A stretch of DNA of 64,000 bases, taken from Eledone cirrhosa (lineage: Eukaryota). The first letter of the stretch is position 1, and every line of letters starts with the position of its first letter. The DNA is taken from positions 14,136,001 to 14,200,000 of the forward strand of contig OZ024751.1 in assembly GCA_964016885.1 (NCBI GenBank). Direction: 5' to 3'. Below, piece by piece: positions 1 to 11,905 of this stretch. Made by a program: the position numbers and the translations under genes. The notes beneath the pieces were generated by a model. That model saw nothing but the letters and a program-made list of their open reading frames with translations, was not told the DNA's origin and made no database searches.

Positions 1-57
1 ATGTATGTATATACATACTAGTGTACGTCTGTATACATACTAATATATATATATAAT

Positions 58-297
58 AGTAGAAAACTGGAGGGTTATATCCGTAGTAGTAGAGCACTCA
101 GTCCATGGGACGAGTTTGGTAGAAGTAGTAACACAACAGTTAGTTGACCATTACCGAGAACAATTGTTTCACCTTATTCGGATCGTCAGCTCCGTTTAAA
201 TGGGATTGTCAATCCCATTTAAACCGAGCTGGCGATCCGAATAAGGTGAAACAATTGTTCTCGGTAATGGTAAACTAACTGTTGTGGAACTACGTCT
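58..297 (-). mobile_element. Fold-back PLE-like short element: palindrome 132-286 (centre 209) plus single-copy tail 58-131
   Basis: The ~77-bp arms are reverse complements around a 1-nt centre. The element is flanked by TA tracts and has a hammerhead motif in the arms. Confidence 0.8.
153..195 (-). ncRNA. Minimal type I hammerhead ribozyme motif (mirror copy 223-265 on +)
   Basis: Minus strand reads ACGGAG CTGACGA TCC GAATAA GGT GAAAC AATT GTT CTCGGT. The + arm has a perfect stem I (ACCGAG/CTCGGT) but a CTGGCGA core. Confidence 0.7.
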
Positions 298-615
<318 letters not shown>

Positions 616-781
616 GGGTAAACGGAAAAGAAAATGCTGACAAATTGTTCACAGTGAAAAATAGTTTAATTAGGAATAAGTGAGAATTAGTAATAGTATT
701 GGTTAGTATTCAGTTTTAGTTTTAAGTTTTACCGGTTGCGCATTTCTAATGCTTTTCAAAAATAATTTTGAGACAGAGCGT

Positions 782-783
<2 letters not shown>
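616..783. repeat. Dispersed repeat fragment inserted in (TA)n; longer copy at 18737-19010
   Basis: Shared sequence ggtaaacgga..gctgacaaattgttcacagt..accggttgcgcatttcta..gagcgtcc/gagtgtcc; both copies start at a TA tract. Confidence 0.75.
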
Positions 784-836
<53 letters not shown>

Positions 837-841
<5 letters not shown>

Positions 842-947
842 TAATAAAATAATGAATAAACAAAGAGACAGTTCCTTATATTAAAAAAATTCAGCATTTT
901 ACGATCGTTTCTAGGATATATATGTGTTAGTGTTGGTATGCATATTC
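837..947. repeat. Diverged direct repeat (second copy ~1800-1912) flanking the PLE RT fragment; pLTR-like
   Basis: Both copies share aatgaataaaca..ttccttatattaaa..acgatcgtttctagg.tatatatgtgtta..ttggtatgcatattc. The minus strand carries GAAAC GATC GT, a half hammerhead. Confidence 0.65.
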
Positions 948-951
948 TATA

Positions 952-1780
952 GGAGCAGCCATTGGTGTTAGCATTGCAGGCGACATAGCTAACTTATTCA
1001 TGGTATGGTGGGACAGTAGACTTAAACTTAAAGAACAATTAGAAGACCCCTTAACCCTGATAATGTACTCCCGCTACGTAGATGATATAAACATCGTAGT
1101 TAAGACACCCCCACTAGAGAACAGTCAGGAACTAGAGAAAAGCACAATGGAAAGCATCCAGCAAATAGCAAACTCCATCCACCAGAGCATTAGAGTTACT
1201 ATAGACTACCCAAGTAAACACCCCAACCATCGATTACCTGTACTAGATACAGAGCTCTGGTTAGATACCATTAACAACAAAAGACAAATCCTCCATTCCC
1301 ATTATGCCAAACCCATGACTTCCAAACATCTGATCCACCGAAACTCGGCCATTTCGGACCATACCAAAATCAACATACTGATTGCGGATTTGGTACGGGT
1401 GATGAGAAATGTGTCCCGCATGTGCAACCCCGAAGAACTAGAGAGACACATACAACACTTCATCCACCGTATGCAGTTCTCTGGCTACAATCAGAGAGAT
1501 AAAATCAGAGTGTATAGAGGAGCCAGAACCAAATGGGAAAAAATGGTAAATAATGACATAAATGGGACCTGCCCCTTGTATAGGAGCAAATTTTGGAATA
1601 GAATAGAAAGAACTAGGAACAAGGCTAATAGAATAAACTCATGGTATGATAGCAATAAATACCAGAGTGTAATGTTCATCGATACAACCCCTAGAGGTGA
1701 ATTAGCTTACAAATTTAGAAGGGCCCTAAATAAACATAAACTCAATATTAAGATAGTAGAAAGACCAGGTACCTCCGTAA
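952..1780 (+). pseudogene. Penelope-like element reverse transcriptase fragment (Naiad-like)
   Basis: In frame GAAIGVSIAGDIANLFMVWWD..YSRYVDD..DYPSKH..LPVLD..HYAKPM..MQFSGY. The open frame is truncated at both ends and runs into (TA)n. Confidence 0.85.
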
Positions 1781-2024
1781 AAATATATATATATATTTAT
1801 ATAAAATATTAAACAAATAATGAATAAACAATTCCTTATATTAAACAAAAAAAGTTCATTATTTAACGATCGTTTCTAGGGTATATATGTGTTATAATTG
1901 GTATGCATATTCAACAGATCTATGTACAAAATTATACAAAATTATACAAATTATCAAGATTAAATATACATACCTAACACATATATACGCCGTCTTCCGT
2001 AAACTCTTGGTAGATTTATCTACA

Positions 2025-2238
2025 TATATATTTATATATATATATTTATATATATATATTTATATATTTATATATTTATATATATTTATATATATATTTA
2101 TATATATATATTTATATATATATATTTATATATATATATTTATATATATATATTTATATATATATATTTATATATATATATTTATATATATATATTTATA
2201 TATATATACTTATATATATATACTTATATATATATATT

Positions 2239-2273
<35 letters not shown>

Positions 2274-2927
2274 ATATTTTTATATATATTTTTATATATA
2301 TATTTATATATATATATTTATATATATATATATATTTTTATATATATATTTATATATATATATATATTTTTATATATATATTTATATATATATATTTATA
2401 TATATATATTTATATATAATTAAGTTAAAAATGTACATCTACATATGTATACTGAAATACTAGTATGCATATCAATACACACACGTGTACATATGTAGAT
2501 GTACCGAGTTTTTCACTGGTCACTTTACTGTGAGTGTCCAGCTATTCTGTATGTAAACACACAGACAAACCGATTTTTAGAGTCATACTGGTTTTTGAGG
2601 AAACACCTTTCCTCTATTCTCCACGAAACGAAATTTAATTTCGTTTCGTTATTTGTTTTTATTTATATATATTTATATATATATTTATATATATTTATAT
2701 ATATTTATATATATTTATATATATTTATATATATTTATATATATATATTTATATATATATATATTTATATATATATATATTTATATATATATATATTTAT
2801 ATATATATATATTTATATATATATATATTTATATATATATATATTTATATATATATATATTTATATATATATATTTATATATATATATATTTATTTATAT
2901 ATATATATATTTATATATATATATATT

Positions 2928-2976
<49 letters not shown>

Positions 2977-3009
2977 ATTTATATATATATATTTATATAT
3001 ATATATATT

Positions 3010-3041
<32 letters not shown>

Positions 3042-3057
3042 TATATATATATATATT

Positions 3058-3090
<33 letters not shown>

Positions 3091-3109
3091 ATTTATATAT
3101 ATATATATT

Positions 3110-3140
<31 letters not shown>

Positions 3141-3153
3141 ATTTATATATATA

Positions 3154-3218
<65 letters not shown>

Positions 3219-3231
3219 ATTTATATATATA

Positions 3232-3296
<65 letters not shown>

Positions 3297-3347
3297 ATTT
3301 ATATATATATATATTTATATATATATATATTTATATATATATATATT

Positions 3348-3378
<31 letters not shown>

Positions 3379-3441
3379 ATATTTATATATATTTATATAT
3401 ATATATATTTATATATATATATATTTATATATATATATATT

Positions 3442-3474
<33 letters not shown>

Positions 3475-3485
3475 ATTTATATATA

Positions 3486-3537
<52 letters not shown>

Positions 3538-3688
3538 TATATATATATATTTATATATATATATTTATATATATATATTTATATATATATATTTATATAT
3601 ATATATTTATATATATATATATTTATATATATATATTTATATATATATATTTATATATATATATTTATATATATATATTTATATATAT
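2025..3688. repeat. Large (TA)n/(TTTATATA)n microsatellite, interrupted at ~2420-2660
   Basis: Seen directly. Confidence 0.97.
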
Positions 3689-4428
3689 AGAATCGCTGCT
3701 TTCACCCTTAACGGGATCTTCTGAAACTAACAAAGTCAATCTGTAAACGCAGAACTGGATATTTCAAAAAACGTTGCAACCGGAGGAAGACAGGAAGACG
3801 GTACTTTGATTCGTGGAAACGTTCGCTGGCAAAGAACGGGAAAAAACGAATATAATTTCTATTTCTTCTGTATTGTATTTATTTACTTTGTTCTTAACTC
3901 TGTAGCGGAGATTCATTCGGTCTCCTAGTTAGAATTTTAGTCTACGACTTCTGCTATACCATTTACGTGGTTTTGTCTTTGCGTGCTATTGTTCTCCACG
4001 CTCCACATATGACGTATTATCTTCGTATTTTTCGTTCATTGCCAGAGAACGTCTCTATGCACCACCTAAGAGAACATTAGTCTACGACCTCTTTTATACC
4101 ATAAACGTGGTTCTGTCTTTGCGCGTAATTGTTTTTCACCGCTCCTATTAATGACGTATTATATTCGTTTTTTTCCCGTTCTTTGCCAGCGAACGTTTCC
4201 ACGAACCGAAGTACCGTCTTCCTGTCTTCCTCCGGTTGCAACGTTTTTTGAAATATCCAGTTCTGCGTTTACAGATTGACTTTGTTAGTTTCAGAAGATC
4301 CCGTTAAGGGTGAAAGCAGCGATTCTTTGCTTAAACTTTAATCTGTTATTTTAATAAATATTTGCTATATATTTATCCTTATCGAGCCCTCTTTGGATTT
4401 TAGTCTTCAAATTTATTATTATTACTAT
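3689..4428 (+). mobile_element. Fold-back PLE-like element: arms 3689-3856 and 4158-4326, internal ~137-bp tandem duplication, 3' tail 4327-4428
   Basis: Near-perfect inverted arms. Hammerhead-like CAGAAGA TCCC GTTAA GGGT GAAAG; the copy at 32652-32717 has CTGAAGA. Confidence 0.8.
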
Positions 4429-4544
4429 ATTTATATATATATTTATATATATATTTATATTTATATACATATATATATTTATTTATATATATATATTTAT
4501 ATATATATTTACGTTTATATATATATATATATATTTATATATTT

Positions 4545-5345
4545 CGTTTCTGAATTTGTTTAGCAAGATTCTTTATCTGAAATCGTGTGTTGAAACCGAT
4601 ATTGTTATACTTTGGGAGGGTCATGTTGCCAATAAGAAACACACGCACCAGTTGCTTTCACTTCAATTTATTATATATTTATAAATTTATAAATTTACAA
4701 ATTTACAAACTTATAAATTTCTGGTTGGTTGGTTCCACAACCAGATAGTTGTTTATATATAGTCATAGTCCTTTCGTCACACACTCTGTGACCTCTTCAG
4801 TGACTGGGGATTCCTTTCTTCGTTTCTGTGCCTTTCCTTTCTTCTATCCTACGCCATTTTGTTTCTGTGTGTGTGTTGTGTGCTCAGTTTGCGCATGCGC
4901 CACATCCGGGTGTCTGTGTGTGTTTGTGTTCATTTATCTATTTGTTTATTTATTTATTTATTGTTGGTTGGTTGTTTGTTCTATGTGTGTGTGTGTTTTC
5001 ATTTTGTCCTGTGTGTGTTTTCATTTTGTGTGTGTTTTCATTTTGTCCTTAATTGTAAGTTGTTTGTTCTATGTGTGTGTGTGTTTTCATTTTGTCCTTA
5101 ACTGTAAGTTGTGATGTTGCTGTTCCACTCATATTTTCTATTTAATTTTGGTTTTAATTCTTTTATGCTTACTGCCTCTGTAATTTGCCTAAACATTGCG
5201 TCTTTTCTGTGTGTGGATTCTAGTTTTATTTCTATGCTCTCTAATCTACCCCTGTGTTCTATCTTAGCATGTTGGTAGAGCACAGATGATTATTTATTAT
5301 CTTGGAGGTCTCGCCAGTGTTCATTTATTCGTTCCCCTATACTAT
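4545..5345 (-). mobile_element. 5'-truncated Penelope-like (Naiad-like) element: GIY-YIG C-terminus plus 3' UTR
   Basis: Minus strand SIGERINEHWRDLQDNK*SSVLYQHAKIEH..RQITEAVSI..LNRKYEWN (5098-5343), followed by a 3' UTR with a hammerhead. Confidence 0.8.
4761..4805 (-). ncRNA. Minimal hammerhead ribozyme in the PLE 3' UTR
   Basis: AGTCA CTGAAGA G GTCAC AGAGTGT GTGAC GAAA G GA CTA TGACT; stem I is AGTCA/TGACT and stem II is GTCAC/GTGAC. Confidence 0.75.
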
Positions 5346-5770
5346 ATATATATAGTATAGGGGAACGTATGTCAATGCAGCGTCCCTACGACACCTCACG
5401 GAGTTGCGGGACCATACATACATACATATATACGCTATCTTTCTTCCTAGCCTTTTCTTTCAGATATACCCTAGCTCATTTATTCCTAAGTATTTTATCT
5501 AATTCTCTTATCTCTGTTTTTTATCTAACATTTTTCATCTCTTGGCGCATTTTTCTATCCCAAATCTTATAATAATAATAATAATTGTTTCTACTTTTGG
5601 CACAAGGCCAGCAACTACCCCAGTGCATTACTGGTACTTTATTTTATAAACAGTTTTGTGTCATAGAACCAAAGATGGTTTCTTGTGGTTTGCTATCAAA
5701 TGTTAAGTTGGTGGTGGGAACATAACTTAGAGGATTTTAGATAAATATAAACACTTTAAACTAAACAGTT

Positions 5771-6620
5771 TTGTGTCATAGAACCAGGGATTGTTTCAGG
5801 TGGGTTGCTATTAAAAGTGTTAAGTTGTCGGGAACATAACTTAACAAAGGTTTCAAAAGGCTTGTGTCATAGAACCAGGGATTGTTTCAGGTGGGTTGCT
5901 ATTAAAAGTGTTAAGTTGTCGGGAACATAACTTAACAAAGGTTTCAAAAGGCTTGTGTCATAGAACCAGGGATTGTTTCAGGTGGGTTGCTATTAAAAGT
6001 GTTAAGTTGTCGGGAACATAACTTAACAAAGGTTTCAAAAGGCTTGTGTCATAGAACCAGGGATTGTTTCAGGTGGGTTGCTATTAAAAGTGTTAAGTTG
6101 TCGGGAACATAACTTAACAAAGGTTTCAAAAGGCTTGTGTCATAGAACCAGGGATTGTTTCAGGTGGGTTGCTATTAAAAGTGTTAAGTTGTCGGGAACA
6201 TAACTTAACAAAGGTTTCAAAAGGCTTGTGTCATAGAACCAGGGATTGTTTCAGGTGGGTTGCTATTAAAAGTGTTAAGTTGTTGGGAACATAACTTAAC
6301 AAAGGTTTCAAAAGGCTTGTGTCATAGAACCAGGGATTGTTTCAGGTGGGTTGCTATTAAAAGTGTTAAGTTGTCGGGAACATAACTTAACAAAGGTTTC
6401 AAAAGGCTTGTGTCATAGAACCAGGGATTGTTTCAGGTGGGTTGCTATTAAAAGTGTTAAGTTGTCGGGAATATAACTTAACAAAGGTTTCAAAAGGCTT
6501 GTGTCATAGAACCAGGGATGGTTTCAGGTGGGTTGCTATTAAAAGTGTTAAGTTGTCGGGAATATAACTTAACAAAGGTTTCAAAAGGCTTGTGTCATAG
6601 AACCAGGGATGGTTTCAGAT
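5771..6620. repeat. 91-bp minisatellite, about 9.3 copies
   Basis: gaaccaggga recurs at 5781, 5872, 5963 and on to 6600. Confidence 0.95.
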
Positions 6621-6954
6621 GGTTCGTTATGAAATGGGTTACAGTGTATCTTATGTATTCAAGTGAACAAGTGATTGAGTGTGGTTTTCTTGAGAGAGAC
6701 AGTTGACATAGTTAAGGAATCATTAACATTCCAGTTTTTTACTGACCTAAATCAATACACAATGCTATATCATAACCAATGAAGTAATTACAAATGAAGA
6801 AAGATGACTGGTTAATTCATCTGTTCAACATACATACACACATACGTACATACATATATACATACATACATACATTCACATATATGCAGGTATACATACA
6901 CACACACATACACACGTACATGCATACATACACATATACATACACACATATATA

Positions 6955-7270
6955 CATGATGGCTGCAAACTCTGCTTATAGTATTGCAATCGCTTGTCAG
7001 ATTCAGATGTGTGACGCTCTGATATGGCTTTTCAGGCTTGCTAAAGACTTGCACTCCTTCACACTCTGACGACAACTATGGATCTCCCTGGCCTGAGGTC
7101 TTACATCAGGTTGCCTGTGAACCTTCACAATACCGTGGAGATCATAGTTCACTGATTCTCTCTGAACATGGATGCGACTGTGACTCCTGAGACCAGATTT
7201 GCTTGACCAAATATTTCCACACTCAGGGTACTTCAATTCAATGGAGACATCGAACGTTTCGAAAGATACA

Positions 7271-7331
<61 letters not shown>

Positions 7332-7640
7332 ATGGCTGCATCTCAGTTTCAAGAATTTCCGTCCCTTGACTTTTCCCCATACATGGGTGGAGGGACGACC
7401 ATGCCTTTCTGGCCCCTCAAGGACTTAGATTCCTTTCTGCATATGTTGCAGCGAAAGAAAAACGAAAAGGCCGTGTTCAGGCAACATGTGTAGTAAAAGT
7501 CGTTTAGATCAAGTGATGCTTGTTCTTGAAAATTTTTCAAATGAAGAAAGGCCTTGCAGTGGACCAATCTCACTCTCAGAACAACAGTGACAGGCATTAC
7601 ATTAAAATAATTCCTTCTAGAATGATGTCCTAACAAGAAC
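6955..7640 (-). mobile_element. Degenerate 3' ends of RTE-like LINEs with C-terminal C2H2-like motifs
   Basis: Remnants PECGNIWSSKSGLRSHSRIH, ECKSLASLKSHIRASH and CNICRKESKSLRG. Two termini (+ strand atggctgc at ~6959 and ~7332) abut CA/TA repeats. Confidence 0.45.
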
Positions 7641-7699
7641 TAGGGGTCTCTCACTACCGGTGGGCTAACCGCGCGCTCGAGCACTAAACCGAGTAGTTC

Positions 7700-7949
7700 C
7701 ATATTTAGCTCGTAAAATCTGTCCAGCGATTCTTTCCTGAGACATTCTAACCACATGCCCGTAGTATCGGAGCTGTGGTCTCTCAATTCGGAGAAGTAGC
7801 GACTCTACATGGAGTGACTCTCTGATCTAAGAACTACCCACTCTATTGAGTAACGTTACTCCAAAGACCCTTCGGACGAACCCCATTTCAGCCGCTTGTA
7901 TTCGCGATCGTGTTCTTTCGGACATTACCTAAGATGCATAACCGTCGGT

Positions 7950-7950
<1 letters not shown>
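7700..7950 (-). pseudogene. RTE-clade (Expander/Rex3-like) ORF C-terminal fragment
   Basis: Hand translation VMSERTRSRIQAAEMGFVRRVFGVTLLNRVGSS*IRESLHVESLLLRIERPQLRYYGHVVRM. Confidence 0.75.
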
Positions 7951-7982
<32 letters not shown>

Positions 7983-7984
<2 letters not shown>

Positions 7985-8309
7985 GATATTAAACAAATGG
8001 AAACTATATTTATAAAACCATATTTATTTCGTTATATATATTTCTGGGATATCATATTAAAAATATGTTATGCCTTCCTCAGACAAAATACAATACATAA
8101 GCTTATGTATTGTATTTTGTCTGAGGAAGGCATAACATATTTTTAATATGATATCCCAGAAATATATATAACGAAATAAATATGGTTTTATAAATATAGT
8201 TTCCATTTGTTTAATATCGTAAACCTACTCCAGAAACTGTCGAGTGCTTTTATATCAGTTATAAAATATTTACTCGTTGTAACCCAACAATCTTAAATAA
8301 AACTTTTGC
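7983..8309 (+). mobile_element. Fold-back element: spacerless 238-bp palindrome 7983-8220 plus tail; hammerhead in each arm
   Basis: Centre AAGCTT (8099-8104). ATTTTGT CTGAGGA ..stem II.. GAAA TATATA TA ACGAAAT. Confidence 0.85.
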
Positions 8310-8324
8310 ATATATATATATATA

Positions 8325-8620
8325 TATATTATTATAAATCATGTCTACAGAATTATTAGATAAACAACATATATACTCCATTTCCTCTGCCAAACAGCAC
8401 TATCAACCATATAAAAAATCAATTATACTAAGCCATAAGGATAAAAGCTTGATAGTGCTGTTTGGCAGAGGAAATGGAGTATATATTTTGTTTATCTAAT
8501 AATTCTGTAGACATGATTTATAATAATATATTGCTCTGAGTATTTAATTTATTAATTCTTCATAGAGCTAAAAAGTGACCGGTTGTAACATATATAAATT
8601 TATGTATATGTAAACCTTTA
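8325..8620 (+). mobile_element. Fold-back element: arms 8325-8406 and 8449-8530 plus tail; ribozyme core not recognisable
   Basis: 82-bp inverted arms with a 42-bp spacer, flanked by TA. Confidence 0.75.
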
Positions 8621-8640
8621 TATATATATATATATATATA

Positions 8641-8888
8641 TGTTAACCTTGGTCTTCCTCTTCTAGTGTGTCCATGTAGGGGCTCCCAAAGGAGCACTGA
8701 GTGCAATGTCAACGCTGGATGTCGGTGAGCATGTCCAGCCAACCTCAGTCTCCTCTGTGTCACTTTTGAGCTAAGGACAGACACTGGTCTGTTGGAGACG
8801 CAGGATATGGCAGCGATAATGAGGGACAGAGACCGCTGGAGAGAACTCGTTCATGGATCTCGGGAATTTTACCCGCCTTAGATAGATA
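8641..8888. mobile_element. RTE-clade LINE 3' fragment with inverted 5' segment and (TAGA)n tail
   Basis: 8641-8772 minus encodes SSKVTQRRLRLAGHAHRH..RGRPRLTY. 8771-8880 plus encodes LRTDTGLLETQDMAAIMRDRDRWRELVHGSREFYPP*. Confidence 0.85.
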
Positions 8889-9094
8889 TATATATATATA
8901 TATATTACCAAACACTATTAATTATGTCATAATTTAATTTATATATGTTTCATCTCGTCTAAAATCGTAGTGTACCGGAAAACGTTTTTATAAAATTTTA
9001 TGTAACCTTGTGTACAGTTTATTGTAATAAATATCAGATTTTGAGCTGGTGTAACTTTTTCACCTCCAACTTTCCAGTTTTTATATTTGAAAAC

Positions 9095-9125
<31 letters not shown>

Positions 9126-9631
9126 TCTTATATATATATACATATATATATAGTAATAATAATAAATGTGAAGACTAACACCCAAAGAGGGCTCGATAAG
9201 GATATATATATATATATCATATATGTGTGTGTGTGTGTGTGTGTAAAAATAATTAGGGAACAAAGAATCAGTATTGCATCATATACATATTTAATTACAT
9301 ATAACATATGTTTCACTGCCGATCAGCTCGAGGGATGGATGATGTTCGCTCCCCACTCTGGAATCGAAAGCTCCTCAGATGTGTGTTCTTACATGTAGAC
9401 TCACGTCGAAATGTTGCTGAGTTGTTAGACATCCTATTGTTATTTCAGGTTTTCATGCATAGATACACAAACACGACATATTTCTATTCTCATTCAATAA
9501 TTTCTATTACAACACTGTAAGTCAGGGTTATGTTACCGTATAGAAAACAGTCTATAGTAGTCCAAACACTGTATGTGTATGTGGGTATGTATGTGTGACT
9601 GTGTGTCTGTATGTTTTACATACAAACATAC

Positions 9632-9673
<42 letters not shown>

Positions 9674-9748
9674 GCCTACATATATATCATATTTTAATAT
9701 AGTTATAGTTAAGTAGGGTAAGCATTAGAAAACTCTCTCTTTCTCCCC

Positions 9749-9792
<44 letters not shown>

Positions 9793-9912
9793 TGTATATA
9801 TATATATATGAGAGGGGGAAAAAGAGAGAGTTTTCTAATGTTTGTTGAGTGAGTTGGAATTTGGCCGGAGTATCGCTAAAAAGCTTTCTCCGATATTGTA
9901 TTTATATAAATA

Positions 9913-10336
9913 TATATGTAGAAGTTATATTTAATTTGTTGGGATTCCAACAAACTTAAAAGTTTATAACTGATATAGAGCACTCAACAGATGACTGGAG
10001 TAAATATTCAATATATTAATAAATGGAAACTATATTTATAAAACCATAATTATTTCATTATATATATTTCAAGGGCAAGCAAGCCAATCTTGGTGCGCTT
10101 TCATCAGATAAAATACAAAATTTGCTTTATAACTAGTGACATAACCATGGAAAACAACCTTGACGGTGAGCGAATTTTCAACCGTCAAGGTTGTTTTCCA
10201 TGGTTATGTCACTATTTATAAAACAAATTTTGTATTTTATCTTATGAAAGCGCACCAAGATTGGCTTGGTCGCCCTTGAAATATATATAATGAAATAATT
10301 ATGGTTTTATAAATATAGTTTCCACTTATTAATATA
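9913..10336 (-). mobile_element. Fold-back element (related to the 7983 family): arms 10012-10167 and 10181-10336; hammerhead at 10052-10114 (-)
   Basis: ATTTTAT CTGATGA AAGCGC..CCCTT GAAA TATATA TA ATGAAAT. The right-arm core is mutated to CTTATGA. Confidence 0.85.
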
Positions 10337-11298
10337 CTAGCAGTAAAGCCCGGCGTTGCTCGGGGTCGCTCAGTAGCTGTGTTAAAGTTACAATGTTAAG
10401 TTTCTTTCTTGGCTTAAAAACTGTAGTGTCTACTGTGCAGACTTGCATGTGGTGTTTTTGATTAATATTCCCTCAACCAACAATATGCCTTATGAAGTTA
10501 AGAAAACATAACGATAACCCGAATGTTATAACAAAAGAGGATGCTGGGGATAGAAACTGCACTGGTTATTTATTAACAAAGATCGAAAATGTAAACACTG
10601 CAACGCAGAGAAAAACATTAGCGTAACCAAATTATCAGTTATGTCTGTCTGCACGCCTATATCACCTCTCTGCACGACTGTCTGTCTGCACGCCTATATC
10701 ACCTCTCTGCACGACTGTCTGTCTGCACGCCTATATCACCTCTCTGCACGACTGTCTGTCTGCACGCCTATATCACCTCTCTGCACGACTGTCAGTCTGC
10801 ACGCGTATATCACCTCTCTGCACGATTGTCTGTCTGCACGACTGTCTGTCTGCACGCCTAACGACGAAATATTTGCTTGTTTTACGTAGTCTTTAAATAG
10901 ACTTATTTTCAAGTAAAAATATTGTTTTAAAATGCTTTTAAATGGAAATGAAGCAAAACGGAAGCTTAGTGTTCGAACTGATGAATTTTGCAGGTCAATA
11001 TTTTGCTGGCTCGACAACTGTTCGAAACGCTGAGAAAGCCAGCGTAATTTTTTACGTAAGACGCTCAATGTAAACAGAACAAAGGGAAATAACTGATAAC
11101 TTACGCTCAAAAATCTATACATTATATTCGATTTCGTCACATAGGGTGGGTCAATTTGAAATTTTTTTTTTCCGATGTCTTCGCTAGGGCTCAATGTACA
11201 AGTATAGCAATTTCGGTGCAATTCCGTGAGAGATTCTAAGAGGAGATGTGTGCCAAAAATCGATAGACAGACAGACAACCACAGTTTTATATATATAG

Positions 11299-11299
<1 letters not shown>
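10337..11299 (-). mobile_element. Non-autonomous Helitron-like element with internal 37-bp tandem repeat (10642-10860)
   Basis: Minus strand starts TCTATATATATAAAA, has (TGTC)n near the 5' end, and ends in a GC-rich hairpin plus CTAG, inserted between A and T. Confidence 0.7.
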
Positions 11300-11331
<32 letters not shown>

Positions 11332-11333
<2 letters not shown>

Positions 11334-11520
11334 CGAAGGAAATGTGGTAAGGAACCAGATGGACCATAACGCACCAAAGTACTCAATACTTAGGGTAGTA
11401 GAGTGGGTGATAGGAACGAGTAGGACCCCGACGGCTGAGCTCAAGCCGTTTCGACGGCTAAGTCAGTCTAGAATTAGCCGTCGAAACGGCTTGAGCTCAG
11501 CCGTCGGGTTCCTACTCGTT

Positions 11521-11525
<5 letters not shown>
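11332..11525 (-). mobile_element. Fold-back short element (copies at 33317-33520 and 61393-61544)
   Basis: Arms 11410-11461 and 11474-11525; homologous tail in all three copies; flanked by TA. Confidence 0.8.
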
Positions 11526-11572
<47 letters not shown>

Positions 11573-11660
11573 CGTGTGTTAAAAATCAGTGAGAAAAACA
11601 TAATTATGGGAGTACAAACAAGATATAAAGATATACAAAACAGTATTCTATCTAACCTCA

Positions 11661-11709
<49 letters not shown>

Positions 11710-11905
11710 GTGAGTAAATTCGAAGTTACAGCTGCGATTGGCATTTTTAGAAATCAGTCTTCTAACGCTGATACAAAGCACTCAATGAGGTGATATCGAT
11801 AAATCGATAAGTTAGAGCTCACAGTAATAACAATACGTTAAGGTGTGACAGTGAAAATTGGCAGGTTGCCAACAAAGCCACACAACGAAAATAAAAACAA
11901 ATATA

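Noticed and set aside
952-5343. Selenocysteine recoding as reported for some Naiad PLEs
   Set aside because: There is no in-frame TGA in the RT fragment, the stop in the GIY-YIG fragment is TAA, and no SECIS was identified.
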